DNA of 64,000 nt from Vicugna vicugna (lineage: Eukaryota). Below the pieces are notes generated by a model that did no database searches, had not been told where the DNA came from, and saw only the letters and a list, made by a program, of their open reading frames with translations. Shown here piece by piece: positions 24,167 through 37,168 of the stretch. The position numbers were made by a program, and so were the translations under genes. The stretch spans positions 1,997,041 to 2,061,040 of the forward strand of contig MU057809.1 in the NCBI GenBank assembly GCA_013265495.1, given 5' to 3'. Position 1 is the first letter of the stretch. Each line of letters starts with the position of its first letter.

Positions 24167-26287
24167 GCACCTATTTGCTGTAGTTATATAGATTATATAT
24201 TATATATGTACATATTATATAGACCATAAATTATGCATTTATATGTGTTCATACATACGTGCACCTGTGCACAATTTGTGTAACACACACACAAAGCCCT
24301 TCAGTGGAAGCTGCCTGTGCCACACCATCCTGCTCGATGATTCTATATTCTTTTAACCAAAACCTTGATTTTTACATTTATTTGCCACAGGCTAATCGCT
24401 GAAAGCACAATAAGAAATTTTAGAGTATTTTACTTAAAGGGGCTATTCTATATTTTAAGAAATAATTAAAGACATAATTGTCAACCTTTTTATGGAAACA
24501 TCCTCCTGATTTCTAAATGAAGTCTCTTTGAGCTTCTGTGACCTCTTAAGGAATTCATTCTCTGGTGTACTACCGACAATACCTTTGCAAAGTGTTCTGA
24601 GAATGTTTTAATTAGGGTGTAATAGCCTTTCACATGGCTTATTGTGTTGAAAGGCTTTTACAAATGGCTTATTGTGGGTGTGTATAAACAATAATTTGGG
24701 CAAGTTCATGGAAGACTTTTGTGAAGAACTCTGGTTATTGTCTGACAGTTAACAATTTGAAATACATCCAGTTTTATACATTTTTACTTTAAAAGAAATT
24801 GATACAAGATCATTCAAGGAAAAGCACTTTACTTTCTTAAGAATTCATTAACTGTAACAGACTTCATTACCCATAATTTGGGACGTGAAAAAGTACTTGC
24901 ATAAAGAGCTCTGAAATGCCATGTTGGGTCGGCTCAGCCTGCTAGTAGCTTTCTGATGTTGACAAGCAGGGACTGTTTCTTGGAATGTTTGCTTGTGATT
25001 ATGTCATCTTAGAGGATTAGGGTTATAAGCAAACAGCCCTGATACTTCTCTGTGACCTGTAGCATTCATAAATGTATGAAAACTCTTACTGAGCCTACTT
25101 GCATGTTTAGTTGGAGCTGTTTCTGGAAGAAACTTACTCCCAAGCCTTCTGGAAAAATAGCAGCAATTGCTCTGATGGTCAGGAAATTACAACTTTCAGG
25201 TTTATGAGAGTGCCCCGTAATTCAAGCTTGTCCAGCTTTCTATGAAAACTTCAGTTATGTCCAATTTACTCCTCTGTTTTGTAGAGCACTAGCGTTTTTA
25301 GTCTGTCTTTCCGTGGGTCTCTTGTGTCCTCTTAATTATTTCAGCTTATTTCTGTTTTATTTACTACGTCTCCTCTTGAGCTGTCCCTACACAAACTCAA
25401 CACAGTGGCAGCAGCAGAAACACGTCATGGTTCCACCACAGAGCACACCAAGTAGTGGTCTATGTTTCAAATACTCTTCCTGATGGCCCTTGTCACTTTT
25501 CCATGCTTTCTGCAGGAACTTATTGAGCCTATTTCATTAGGAAATAGCCCAGGGCAACTTAGGGAGCCATGAGTATGTCACCTTCCATGATTCATAGCTC
25601 GGAGCCTGTCATCGCTGGAGTAGGTTGAATTATTATCTTGAGTGTGTTACCTGCGAGTTGTCCATACTGATGCCCTCCTCTCTTCTGATAAAGCTCTCCG
25701 CTTTTCTATGTCGCATGATCTATTAGCCGTGAACTTTACCACCACCCAGCGCTTTCTCTTCCTGGCTCATCTGGAGAATTCCTTGTGCATTTCTTCTTCT
25801 AGGTCATCATTAAATAAGACCATTTTTCTAGCACCTGACACTGCAGTTGAAATTGCTCTTTCCAGAAAACAAATTCCTTGTCTTTATGTTACTTTTAGCC
25901 AGTGACTCAATATTTTTTCTCAGTCTGATGGTTAATTCATTTTGTATTTTGTTAGTTTGTTTCCGTGCCCTCTCTCTTTTTGGTGGAGAAACCTACCAGG
26001 GTATTTAGAGCCAAATTAAGTTGTAGTTTTAGGCCCTTTCTTGTCAAAACATAATTTATCTTTCAGAGTGTTTCAGTGAGATGTTTGTGTTTGCATGAGT
26101 GCTGTTTTTACCTAGACGATAGGCTGAGTTTATATAGTATACCTAGTACTGATACGAGGCAAGAGAGTACATTTCTTTAGGTGAATATTTTCTACTATAC
26201 TTTCTGGAAAAAAATTAGTCATACACATTAAAAATTATTAAAGTGTGAGCCTTTCTACCCAATGATTGAATTTACAGTGGGAAATAA

Positions 26288-26490
26288 TTAGCAATGATAG
26301 TTAACGTCTCTGTTCCCCTCGCTATGCCTTCGATGCTCTTTGCTTTTTACATATATTAAATTATCTAACTCACCATAACCTGTGAGGGAGGTACTGTGGT
26401 TATATCCAGATTTTAGGTGAAATAAGTGAAGTGCAGAAAGTTAAGTAACTTGCCTGATATCACTTAGCTACTGAATGAAGAAGCCAGGGT
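26288..26490 (-). mobile_element. MIR SINE
   Basis: ctcaccataacctgtgagggaggtact...gaaataagtgaagtgcagaaagttaagtaacttgcctgatatcac. Confidence 0.8.
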
Positions 26491-26499
26491 TTTATTTTG

Positions 26500-26965
26500 C
26501 CTCTATTACTCTCAGAGATGTGCATAAAAATACATGTAAAAAATTAAAAATTCTGAATCCACTTATATATCCACAAATAGAGGTTATTAATGAAATAAGA
26601 GGAGAAACATATAGTAGAATTCTGTAAGGAGATTAAAATTTCAAGTTGTGGAAAATGCTTTCCATAATGCACTCGGCCGGGAGGAGACCGGACCTGGAGG
26701 CGCAGCGGCTTCTCGTTCTGCTGTGTTGCTGAACAGCCTTGGGAAGTTGAACACCTTTAATAAAAGGGATACTATTTTTATAGTACACATAAGTTGGACT
26801 ACAGATACTGTGTAAATAAACCAGGAGCTCACCTAACAGAACACTAGCTGTGTTGGCTACCTCTGCATGTTGGGACTGTGGATGATTTTATTTATGCATG
26901 TATTTTTTCCGTTTTCGTTTTTTCCTTTGAGTATGTTATTCTGCAAGTGGGGAAAAGGTTATTTA
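26500..26965 (+). mobile_element. Old L1ME 3' fragment interrupted by duplication copy 26671-26754
   Basis: atatatccacaaatagagg...ttaatgaaataag before the copy and ggctacctctgcatgttgggactgtggatgattttattt after it. Confidence 0.55.
26671..26754 (+). repeat. Local duplication pair 2, copy B
   Basis: 88% identical to 23421-23504. Confidence 0.95.
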
Positions 26966-27773
26966 AAACTGCCTTAATTAGATTAAAAGTTATTACCTTT
27001 AATTGTGTCTTTGCCATTGTGCCAGCTAGGTAAGTAAAAATGCTAAGTATCAAGCTGCCAGAATCTTCTCTGGAGCCCTTCCTGCAGGGTCACTTTCACA
27101 CTCTACCTGTGTTTGGCACAGTGACCTTGTAAATGACATGTCAGGGTTTTGACCAGCAAGAGCGTAGTTTCACTGGCTGTTCCTTTAGAGCTTCTGGGTG
27201 CACGCTCTGTGGGTCTGCTGATTTATCTGTCCCGGTATCCAGTCTGTCTGCTGAGTTAAGAGCATCAGGTGCAGTTATCTGTTTGCTCCTTGGAGCTCCT
27301 GGACGGTTGTCTCATTCGTGTAGCGTTTACGGCATCGAAGCTCTGTGAACGGTCTCCCTGTAGGCTGCGTAACTTCACCGTGTTCTGTGGTACAGACTGG
27401 ACCCCCAGTCCTATCAGAGAAAACCCATTGGGTCATAAGGAGATGTTTTGCCTGAATATTTGGAAATGTTTATATAAATTTCTCACTGTATTTCAAATGC
27501 AATTGAAGCAAATAAGCCTTGTTATGCACCATAGTTCTAATACATTTGACCTAATGACTTTAAAATTCATTTTGACTATGGGTGTCTCTCCAGGTTTTCC
27601 TTCATAAAAACTGCAACCTCTTCTGCTCCTGACTGTTTTCTCTGTTCCAGTGGGCGTGTTGGTCTTTAGCTAACCAGTGTACCAGCATTTAGCTCCTGTT
27701 TGAGCAGCGTGTCTCAATGTGCGCTTTGGCCTGTGTACCTTCTTGTCTGACCTTGTGCTGCCATATTTGTGAG

Positions 27774-28337
27774 CAGGTTAGCTTCCTGTCACTACTGTAA
27801 TAAAAACCACAGATTTAGCAGTTTGAAACAAGGCCCATTCCTTATTTCACAGTTCTGTGGATCAGAAGTCTGAGTACATTACGAATCGGCCTGTTCCTCT
27901 CCTTACAGTCTCACAAGGCCACAGTCAAGGGGCCAGCAGGCTCATGGATGCTCTGAGGTTGACTCTGCTTCCAGGCCCACTCAAGAGTCGTCTGAAGTCA
28001 GTTCCTTGCAGCTGTAGGACTGAAGCCCCATTTCCTTGCTGGCTCTGAGCCAGGGGCTGGTCCCTGCTCCGAGGGGCTCCCCACACTCCTTATCATGTTT
28101 TCCATGTGGCTCTCTCCCGGAACAGCAGTTTGACTCTTCTTCAAGAGAATGTTCCACTTCCATTCTGCTACATCTCTCTGCTTTAGGAGCTCAAGTGATT
28201 AGATTGGGCCCACCCAGATGATCCAGGATAATCTCCCCATTACATTTGCAAAATCCCTTTTGTCTTGCGAAGTAACATATTCAAAATTCTAGGGATTAGG
28301 GCATGGATATCTTTTGGGGGCTGCTCTGTGTACCGCA
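27774..28337 (-). mobile_element. MLT1 (D/E-like) MaLR solo LTR
   Basis: ttagcttcctg...cacagttctgtggatcagaagtc...cagttccttgcagctgtaggactga...gattgggcccacccagatgatccaggataatctcccc. Probable 5-bp TSD gtgag/gggag. Confidence 0.9.
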
Positions 28338-28439
28338 GGGAGCCTGTTTGTTCTCACACCATAAGCACAGTCTTTCTATGTGTTAGCCCCTGTGTTACCC
28401 ATAGCAGTAAGCACCCAGAAAATAAGGGTTAGAATCCTA

Positions 28440-28930
28440 TGCATGAGTTGGTAAAAACTAGTTGAGGACTTGTGCTAAACCCTTACGTTGGTATTAAGAC
28501 TAGGATCTTAAAGGAAAGTAAAACAAGTGAAGATGGAAAATAAGGAAGGCTTTGTAGAGGTGGAAGCTCCTGAGAGGGCCTTTTAAGGCTGCTATGGGTC
28601 TTGATCGTCCAAGGACTGAGGAGTTACAGAAGGTGGGAAGAACTCAGTCACCTTGAGCAAATACGATGCAGGGTTGGGCATAATGTATTTATGTGACAGT
28701 GAGCAGGCTACTTGGTTAGAAATTGTAGGAAATAATATGTACAAATAGTACGAGGTTTGGAGAGTCACACAGTGGAATTTAGGTATGATTTCTTAAAATG
28801 GGAAACCACTTCGTTTCTGAGCAAGAGAGTGATGTAAGGGAGTGGGTTTCACAGAGGTTAGTCTGGCAGCAACGCGTGGGTTGAATTGAAGGTGCAGGAG
28901 GCGGGGTTTGGACGAGGGTCTGAGCGGTCA
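28440..28930 (-). mobile_element. L2 LINE fragment
   Basis: ggaaggctttgtagaggtgg...tttctgagcaagagagtgatg...gttagtctggcagc. Confidence 0.55.
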
Positions 28931-31296
28931 TCGTCAAGCACCTTGCTTACTAAGCTCAATTTCAAGTATTGACGTAAGACTTTTTATGATTTTGAAGCAC
29001 AGACTTTGAGAGGCGATTTCATTAACTCCTTCATTAGCGATGCCATCTTTTGGTTTTACTGTATACAGTAAATCAGTCTCTCCCTCTCTCTGGAGGCTTT
29101 GATGTCAGTAAGAGTGATAACCTCTTCTCCTGTGTCAGACTTTTAGTGCTTCACATAGCAGTCTTCAGAACGCATTCAGGATAGAAAGAATTGCTTTTTC
29201 TATTTGACTATGAAGAGCTGAAATTCAGAAATCTGAGGTTATTTTATCAAGATCATTCAGCATGCCAGTGTCATAAGTAGAAGTGAAATTCTGGGCTTTA
29301 ATTCTGATCCAGTGCCCTATCCGTGCAGCTTTTCTTGGAGATCAGTTGAGAAAATCTTCAGACACACAGCTTAAACTAAATTGAATAATCTTCCTGCTAA
29401 ATAAATATATGTGTTTATTTACTGGCTTTTAGGGAGATAGCTTATCTATGAGGCATATGGTAAATACTTTGCAGCTCCTCCGATGCAAGGACTTGATTAT
29501 CTTGGTGCCTGGGTGCTTGTTACAGGGACTGGCTCATAGAAGGAGCCCTGAGGTACTTATTAAATTAATGATTGATGATTGTGGTCGCCTTTGCTGACCT
29601 TTGAAAGGTTTCTTACTGCTTTTCTACCAACCTGCCAGAGGCCTGAGGGCCAGTTGACGACCTGGCCGAGATCCTAACCCTGAGTTGCTTGATGCCTGGG
29701 GCTCCAGTTTGAAGGCTCACAGCACCCTTTGAAAAACACAGTCTTGTTTTACAATAATTTCCATATTGATCCTATTGGTGGGGAGGAGATCGGAAGTATT
29801 CCCATCAGAGAGTGTGACTAACCTTTCCTAAGGAGATCTGATTAGTTTGTTAAATTCAAACTAGCATTTTAGACATGACTTCAGTAAAGGTTATGGGTAC
29901 TCTCTGGGTCTAAAATTTCATTTCAAAGTAAGAGGTCCCTGAGGGCTAGTTTGACTTATTTAATTATACCCTATAGGACTTGGATAGTAGTTTTATAAAA
30001 ACACTCTTCAAGGCAAATTCGTAATTTAATACAAAGTGGTAAATTGGCATACATGTAACGTTTGTATCATGAGACAGGCATGTAGATCAGGAGTAAATAA
30101 AGGTAAAAAATTTTAGGTATCACATTTGAATTAGAAATGACACTATTTGTATATTTTTGAGGAAACCTGGAGTGAAATCTCCTGAAAAACACTGCCTGCA
30201 ATTGGCCTGAATGATGTAATCATTAAAGAGACGCCAAATACGGCAAAAACACTTGTAAGTCATCGGTGAAAACGGCTTATAGTCTTCTCCGTTAACAGTT
30301 ACTGATGTCTTCCACACGCGGGGACCGTGCTGGGTACTAGAACCTGGAGACGCGGTCTGTGCTGTCCCGGGCGTCCAGACTGGTGCGGGCGAGACCCGCA
30401 GACACAGGCATGCTTTTCCAAGGTGTTTTGCTGTGGGCCCGGCGGCGTGCCGTGAGTACTCAGGGCACGGGACGCTGTCCCCGAGTGCTGGATCAGTGGA
30501 TGAAAGTGACCCTTCTTCGAAGCCCGTCTGCCTGGGCAGTGGCTCCTAATCTTCTGAGATTTCGCGAAGACCCATAAGCGTCCTGTGGAGTCTTGTTTGA
30601 CCCTTCACCACTTGTATGCGATGTGTGCTTTTGTCACAGCTTCTACGATACCCCAATGGATGTAGCCATCAGAATGAGTGCAGGATGGGGAGCCCTGGGG
30701 GGCCCAGCCTCCCAAAGCAAGAGGGAAACTTGCAACTGTCAGAACTCAGAATTAGCAAACTTCAAGTAAGCTGTGCCAGTTGCTAACGGCTAGTCAGACC
30801 TCTGATTTGCAGCAATGTGAAACGCTTTTCATCAAGTTAGAAAAGCAAAGCAAAGGAAAATCAGAACCGTACAGCGGGGACAGGAGTCAGCCGCGCTGCG
30901 GGGGTGTAGCACCGCCGCGCCCTGGCCCTTCTCCCTCCCCTGCCGTGTCCGGTGCTTCCGCGGGCGCCCAGCAGAGCGCAGGAATTCTGTGCGGCGCGCT
31001 CTAGCTCGAAGGGAACTTTTCACTGTGCCTCTTGTTGTTATCATAAATGATTGGGTTTCTTATGTTTTCATTTACAGTTTTGTATTCTCTTACAAAAGTC
31101 CTCTTCTGTTTCACTAGCTTTGTCTGATGAAAGGCAGGGGAGTTTCTGGAACCAAGCTCACTCACACGCACGACTGAGAGTTATGCCGTGGCCCTGTGTC
31201 TTGTTGTTCAGGAAGCATGTACTTCTCTCTCCCGTTCTCCAGGTGATGGGCTCTGGATTTTCCATCACCTAGAGTTCACTCACCTGTAGGAGACGA

Positions 31297-31515
31297 ATTT
31301 ATTTATTTATTCATTTGTTCGATAGATGTTTATTGGATGACTATTAGGAGCCAGGATCTATTGTTAAGTATTGTTTCAGAATTCAGACATGATGCCTGCC
31401 CTTACAGATACTAGAGTCCATTAGAGAAAACAGACAACTAAACAAATAATTATAGTGTAATGAGGTGAGAACTGTCTTAGGGGACATACGGAGTACCGAG
31501 GGGGTCCGGAAAAAG
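31297..31515 (-). mobile_element. L2 3' end fragment
   Basis: tttattcatttgttcgatagatgtttattg...agacatgatgcctgccctt...agacaactaaacaaataattata. Confidence 0.75.
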
Positions 31516-31855
31516 AGATTATAATGTTGTAATGGAAAGTCTTTGATATCAGAAAGCTTTCTGAAAAATGTTTAGTAGAATCTCTATATGCCAAAGACAA
31601 GAGTGTTGATCTCTAAGAAAATTCTTCAGAAAGTAGTCACCAGGAAGTGGTAAACTTATCAATGTCAGTTAAAAGAAAAGCTTGGAATTTCCAAATTGCA
31701 ACCTGTCATGGGTATTTGTTGTCAAGAGAACATTGAATACACGTTTGACCTAAGGAAAAAAAGATGAAAAACCACTATTAATGTTTTTGTATATATTTAA
31801 AGGAAGAATTATTATTTGATGGGTAATTAAGCATTCATCATAAAGGCATCCCTTC

Positions 31856-32122
31856 CAGTGGTGCTTTGCAAACTGTGGTGAAGGACCAGCGTTTTCTTCT
31901 TTTAAAAGTTCTAATTCATTGCCGACTAATTAACGGTCTTTCTTCACATGATTAGAAGGTAGCTCATACTACACGGAACCCAACCTGGTGTGTACCCTGA
32001 TCAAATTCACCGACGTATCACAGCAAAGCCGTGTTTCTCAAAGTTTCTTAAGTGCTCACTCCGACTTTCTGTCCTGACCGTGTGCAGACTGGCCGTGCTG
32101 GGTCACATCTGAGCAGCAGTTG
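31856..32122. mobile_element. hAT-Charlie non-autonomous DNA transposon remnant
   Basis: Charlie-like termini cagtggtgctttgcaaactgtggtgaaggacc and ggtcacatctgagcagcagttg. Confidence 0.55.
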
Positions 32123-32402
32123 TACAGTGTGACTGGATGATTGATTTTGCCTGTATTCTACCAGATAATTTAAGTCTCTTTGTTCTAGTGTCATCATCAC
32201 CAAAAAGTCTTGTGGTGGTTACTTTCACGGCAAAAATGTGACATTGCCAGTCCAGGCCCCGCTGTCAGATAACTTAATGTCGGCACAGACCTGTCTCCCT
32301 GGAGTCTGGGTTCTTGCCCCTGGCCTGTGATTCCATCACTGGGCCTGGAATCCTGCAGTTCCTGGCCTGAGTCAGCACAACAGCTCTGCTGACAACAGTG
32401 AG

Positions 32403-33860
32403 TCATTCATTCATTCAGTGAATGTTGCCTGAGAGGATGACGGGTCAGCAAAGACCTGCAGGAAGGAGGGGAGTGGATTAAGTGGGTGTGGGAGGGAGGG
32501 ACTTCCCAGAGAGAAGGGACAGCAAAAGCGGTTTCTCTGAGACCTGAGAGTGAGGGTAGGGCCCGGGTCATGCACGGTCCTACAGGGCCTTGTGGAGCAT
32601 TGACAGACTTCGGCTTTCATCTGGAGTGACTTGACAAGCCCCTGGGGGAGGGGTGAGCTTTGAGTGGAGGTAGAAATGACAAGTTTCTACCTACATTTTA
32701 ACGAAGTGACTCTGGTTGTTGTGTTGAGAGCAGTGTGAAGGGGACAGGGATGGAGGCAGGGGGAGCAGCTGGGAGGCGATTTAAATGATCCAAACAAAGG
32801 TAGTGAGGTGGTTGGACCCGAGGGTAGCAGGAGAGAGGGCAGGGAGTATAGGATTTGGGGATGTACTTTAAAGGCTGTGCCAGTGGGACTTGCTGACAGG
32901 TTGGATAAGGAGTGTGTGTGTGTGTCCACTCCCGCGTGCACATGTGTATGCGTGCCCGTAAAAGAAAGGAGAAAGGAAAACAGAGCCGAGGATGGCTTCA
33001 GTGGTTTTGACCTGAGAGGTTATGTTTCTGTGGGATGGGGTCACTGAGAGCAGCGGCTTGGACGGTGAACGTCAGGAATGTAGCGTTAGGCACGTTCACT
33101 TTGAGACGTCTATTAGACATCCAGGCGGAGCTGTCGGCCGGGAAGTTGGATATACAAGTCTGGAGTTATGCTCCAAGAGGTCTGGGTTGGAAATAAAAAC
33201 GGGGACTTACCAGTATGACAAAAGGCTTAAAAATCACGGGAATAGATGAGATCACTAAGAGAGAAAGCATAGGTAGAAGAGAGAAGAGGTTTTTTGGACT
33301 GAGCGCCGAGCTCCCCAATATTTAGAGATCCGGGTGACCAAGAGGGAACAGGCAGAGCGGCAGGGGCACCGGAGGGTGTGGCGCCCGGGACCGCGAGGGA
33401 GGCGGGCCAGCCCTGCCCGCTGCTGCTGCTGCTGCGTCCACTCAGCGAGGAACACTGACACCTCCGCCACTTGGACGTTACCTTTGAGGAATAGTTTGAT
33501 GAAGTGATGTTGATGAAAACCTACCTGGAGTGGCTTCCAGAGTCAACGGGAAAAAAGAAACTGGAGAGTGAAGATGGAGTTGGTTGTAAGGGAGAGTAAA
33601 GAAGAGGAGAGGGAAGAGCCGGTGACAGCGAGAGACAGGGTGGGATTGCTGGAATTCCTGGATCGAGTGCGAATGCAGGTGTGGCCGGAGAGGGGAGCGT
33701 GGCCAGGGCATCTACAGCGGTGGGTCTGGGGGCAGAATATCCAGGCACAGACCGGGCGCTGGGCAGACGAGGGGTGGCTGTGTGCAGGGGCCTCTCATTG
33801 CATTTACTTCCTCAGAGAAGCAGGAGCAAACTGCAGCGAGGAGGAGGCCACGTGGGAGGC
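32403..33860 (-). mobile_element. L2 LINE fragment (long, GC-shifted)
   Basis: Reversed tail tcattcattcattcagtgaat. Internal L2 motifs actctggttgttgtgttgagag, tttgagacgtctattagacatccag and gttggatatacaagtctggag. Confidence 0.85.
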
Positions 33861-36244
33861 TTGGGGAAAGGCATATGCAGTCGTCATGCCGGGGCTGGGA
33901 GAGGAACTGGGCCGACAGCGGGAGCCCGCACCGCAAGAAGGGCCCCGCTTGCGGTTCGTAAGCGTCATGCGTTTGAAGGGAGCCCAGCTGCTAGGATCAC
34001 GTGTCTTCCTTCTAATTCCCGGTCAGCTGCCTGGGAGTAGACGTGGGGGTCTCCCATGCGAGAGAGCGAGTCCCTTCTGTAAGCGGTGGGCATCTGTCCC
34101 CGGGTCCGCACTCCGAGGAGGGGGTCTCCACGCAAGGGTCATCTTCCGCCGCCTGCCCTTTCTTTACTGAATGAGCCTGTCTTGGGCGGTTTGCTCATTT
34201 GCACTTGGGGAAATGCCTCTTTTCACCTAACGTTGTTTAGACCCCTCGTCTCCCTTTCCTTGTCTTCTGGGAGGTTGACGGCACAGTCCATGCACTCCCC
34301 GAGCACAGTCTGCAGGTGTGGCTGGTTAACAAGAGAGCAGAGCTCACTCAGCGGTGTCCCCCAGCACCCGCAACCTGGGGAATGTTTCTGTAGCTGTTTC
34401 ACATACAACATCCTTCTGATTGCCAAAGCCTCTGCCCTTGTACTGGGTCAGGCTTAACTTCTGCCCTTCTCTTTTCTCTTGGAGTATCACTTCTGACCAA
34501 CTGATGGCTTCTGGACAGGTGGTATCCACATGGCTGCCATATTTACTGTTGATCTTCTGAAGGGCTTTCCCCACTTGTCCTGTTGTTTTCTGTCTCAGTT
34601 GCTTTGTAGAAAGATGTCTTCTGCCTAGAATTCCCCAACTCCCTCTGACCGATAAAAAAAATCACATTTAAAGTAATAACTTGTCCTGTGTAATTTTGTT
34701 CACTTAAATGAAATTCAAATTTTACCAAGGACCCAAAATGGGGTTGGGATAAAGATTAATGAGCTAATATATTCCTGCTCTCAAATAATTCACATTTAGG
34801 CCTGTATAGTATTTGTTATTTTTATCACCCAATTTTTACATTGTAGGATTTACCGTGGATTTTTATTATGATACCTATTTCACCATAAATTGGCATTATT
34901 TTTCATACATTGGAGAGAATTTTTAAAGTCAGTGTTTTCCCCTATGATTTGATAGAGCTTCCATTTAATAATCATGTTCTAGATTGAAATTTTATCAGCA
35001 TCCTGTTTGTATCATGTGTTTTCCTGCTAAGCAGTAATGAGAGTGTATGTAGATAGTTTTAGGTTGGATTTTTATTTTGAGTTCTGCTTTCCCTTATCAC
35101 TGTGCTTCGGAGTGCTGGATGAAATGGGTACTTTCATTTCTCTTTTTCACCGTCATGATTGTTTCCTGCAGCCCCATTTATTTCTGTCAGGTTTTCCTTC
35201 ATGCCATCAATCTGTCTCATTTGTGTAGCGGCTCTGTTTCTTTTGCTTTTTCCACTGCTGCAAAGAGCTGTGGTGGTGTTTTATTTGCTTGATTTTCATT
35301 CTCGATGCATATACAGAGCACTGGAGTATGCATTTTTGAATCCTAGATATGTCTTCAGATTTGGCTTTATATTATTATGAAGATATTTGTCATTTGGGCA
35401 GTTCCAACAGGCTTTTTCCCTGAGACCGTCTCTGCCTACCTTTTCTACTGTTCACAGGGCAGGTTGTCAGTTAAGCTGCTATAAATCTATCTCCGGTTTC
35501 AGTACCCTATAATTACATAAATTCTGTTACGAATGGCACACCTCTGGTTTGGTGGCCTGTTCCTGATGTTGCTAGTGGTTAGTGTCACCAACTCTGTTAC
35601 TTTGCCATTTATGGTAAATCCACATCTTCAGATGATTTTATTTCTCTTTTGTAAACGTTATGCATACATTTGTGCTAATGTGTCAGGTTAGCAAATATTT
35701 ATCAAATGCCCACAGTGTATCAGGCATGTAGGTTAATGGGAATACCATGGTGCACAGGATGTCCCTGAAGGAATTACATTCTAGTGTGGGAGACAGACAA
35801 CAAGCAAGTAAACACAGACCTCTTAGAGCTACAGATAGTGTTCAGTGCTGCAAAGAAACAGCGGGGTGCAGATGTGGAGCTGAAGACCCCTGGTGTGGTC
35901 AGGGGAGGTGTCTTGGGAGAGGGACCTTTAAGCAGAGACCTGACTGATGCGATGAAGTGAAGCCCAGTGCAGGCAGGGAGCAGCAGGCAGCAGGGCCCTG
36001 GGCAGAGCTGGCCCGCTCCCTGGGCATGCCTCGGGGGAGGTGGATGGAGCCGGCTGGTGGGAGCGGGAGGCGGTGAGGTTGGGGGGCAGTGGGGGCGAGC
36101 CAGGGGCTTTAAGGGGCGTAGGAAAGAGTGAAGAGTTTAGATTTAATTTTAAGTGGAAGATCTGTCCTCCTGAAGATGGAGGGATTTTTTTGTAGGGAAG
36201 GGCTGTGAGCTTCTTTGCATTTGTGAGTCATTTTTGAAAGAGTC

Positions 36245-37168
36245 CAAGAATGCCCACCTACGTAACTACAACATGACGATCGGAATCAGGAAGTCAGGGT
36301 TCGTGTGGCACTGTCAGCCCTGCCCACAGCCCCCGCTCACGTTTCGCCAGGCATCTGCCATCTCTCTCTGCTTCTGCTCCGGCATCCGTGGATTGCGTTT
36401 AGTTGCTCTGTTCTCCTGCCTCTTTTAGTCTGTATCGGTTTCCTAGTTTTTTGCCATCTTCACAATGTGGACAATTCTAAAGAGCTCAGGCCTTTCATCC
36501 TCCAGGATGTCCCTCATCCCGAGTCTGCCCAGTGTTTCCTCATACCCAGGCAGAGGTTGCGTTTTGGCAGAAATACTGCATAACTGATGCTGCTCTCAGT
36601 ACTTCTCGTCGGGAGACACGTGATGTCACCGTATCCCACCCCTGCCAGGGTCCACCTTGACCAGATTCCCCTTTGTAACCGATCTGCATTTTGTGGGGAG
36701 ATACGCCAGGACTACACCAGCACCTGTCCCTGGTCAGACCTCCCCCACCAACATGAGTGTCCAGGGATGCCTGCCACCTCAGTCAGCCACCACTGCGGTG
36801 GGCGCCAAATGGTGATTTTTTTTTTTAAACTTAATCATTCCGTTCTCGTTTATTAACAGGCATTCTGCTGTAAGGAGGAACTTTCCTTCTCTCCCATTAT
36901 TTATTTGTATCTGTTACCATCATAATTTATTTTGATGCTCAAATTGCCCAAAGTTTGGCCAGTGAGAGCCCCTCCGAGCCGGGTCCTGTACCTTCTGACA
37001 TGCCCCCATTATTCTGAGTACTTCCTTACTTTCTGCAGATATATTTTCCAGGATCATCTTATGTTTATGCTAGAATCAACTGTTCTTCAAGGAACTGGGG
37101 TTTCCTTTTAGTGGAAAGTGGAGCTCAGAGACCAGGGCTGAAGCACTTGGTGTACTCATTGCGTTTGG
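36245..37168 (-). mobile_element. L1MC4/L1MC5-like 3' fragment
   Basis: ttttgatgctcaaattgcccaaagtttggccagtgagagcccct...gacatgccccc...ccttttagtggaaagtgg. Confidence 0.8.

Noticed and set aside
33568..34170. 200-aa + strand ORF
   Set aside because: Overlaps GC-shifted L2 sequence, starts at GTG, has no recognisable domain, and several overlapping frames are also open.
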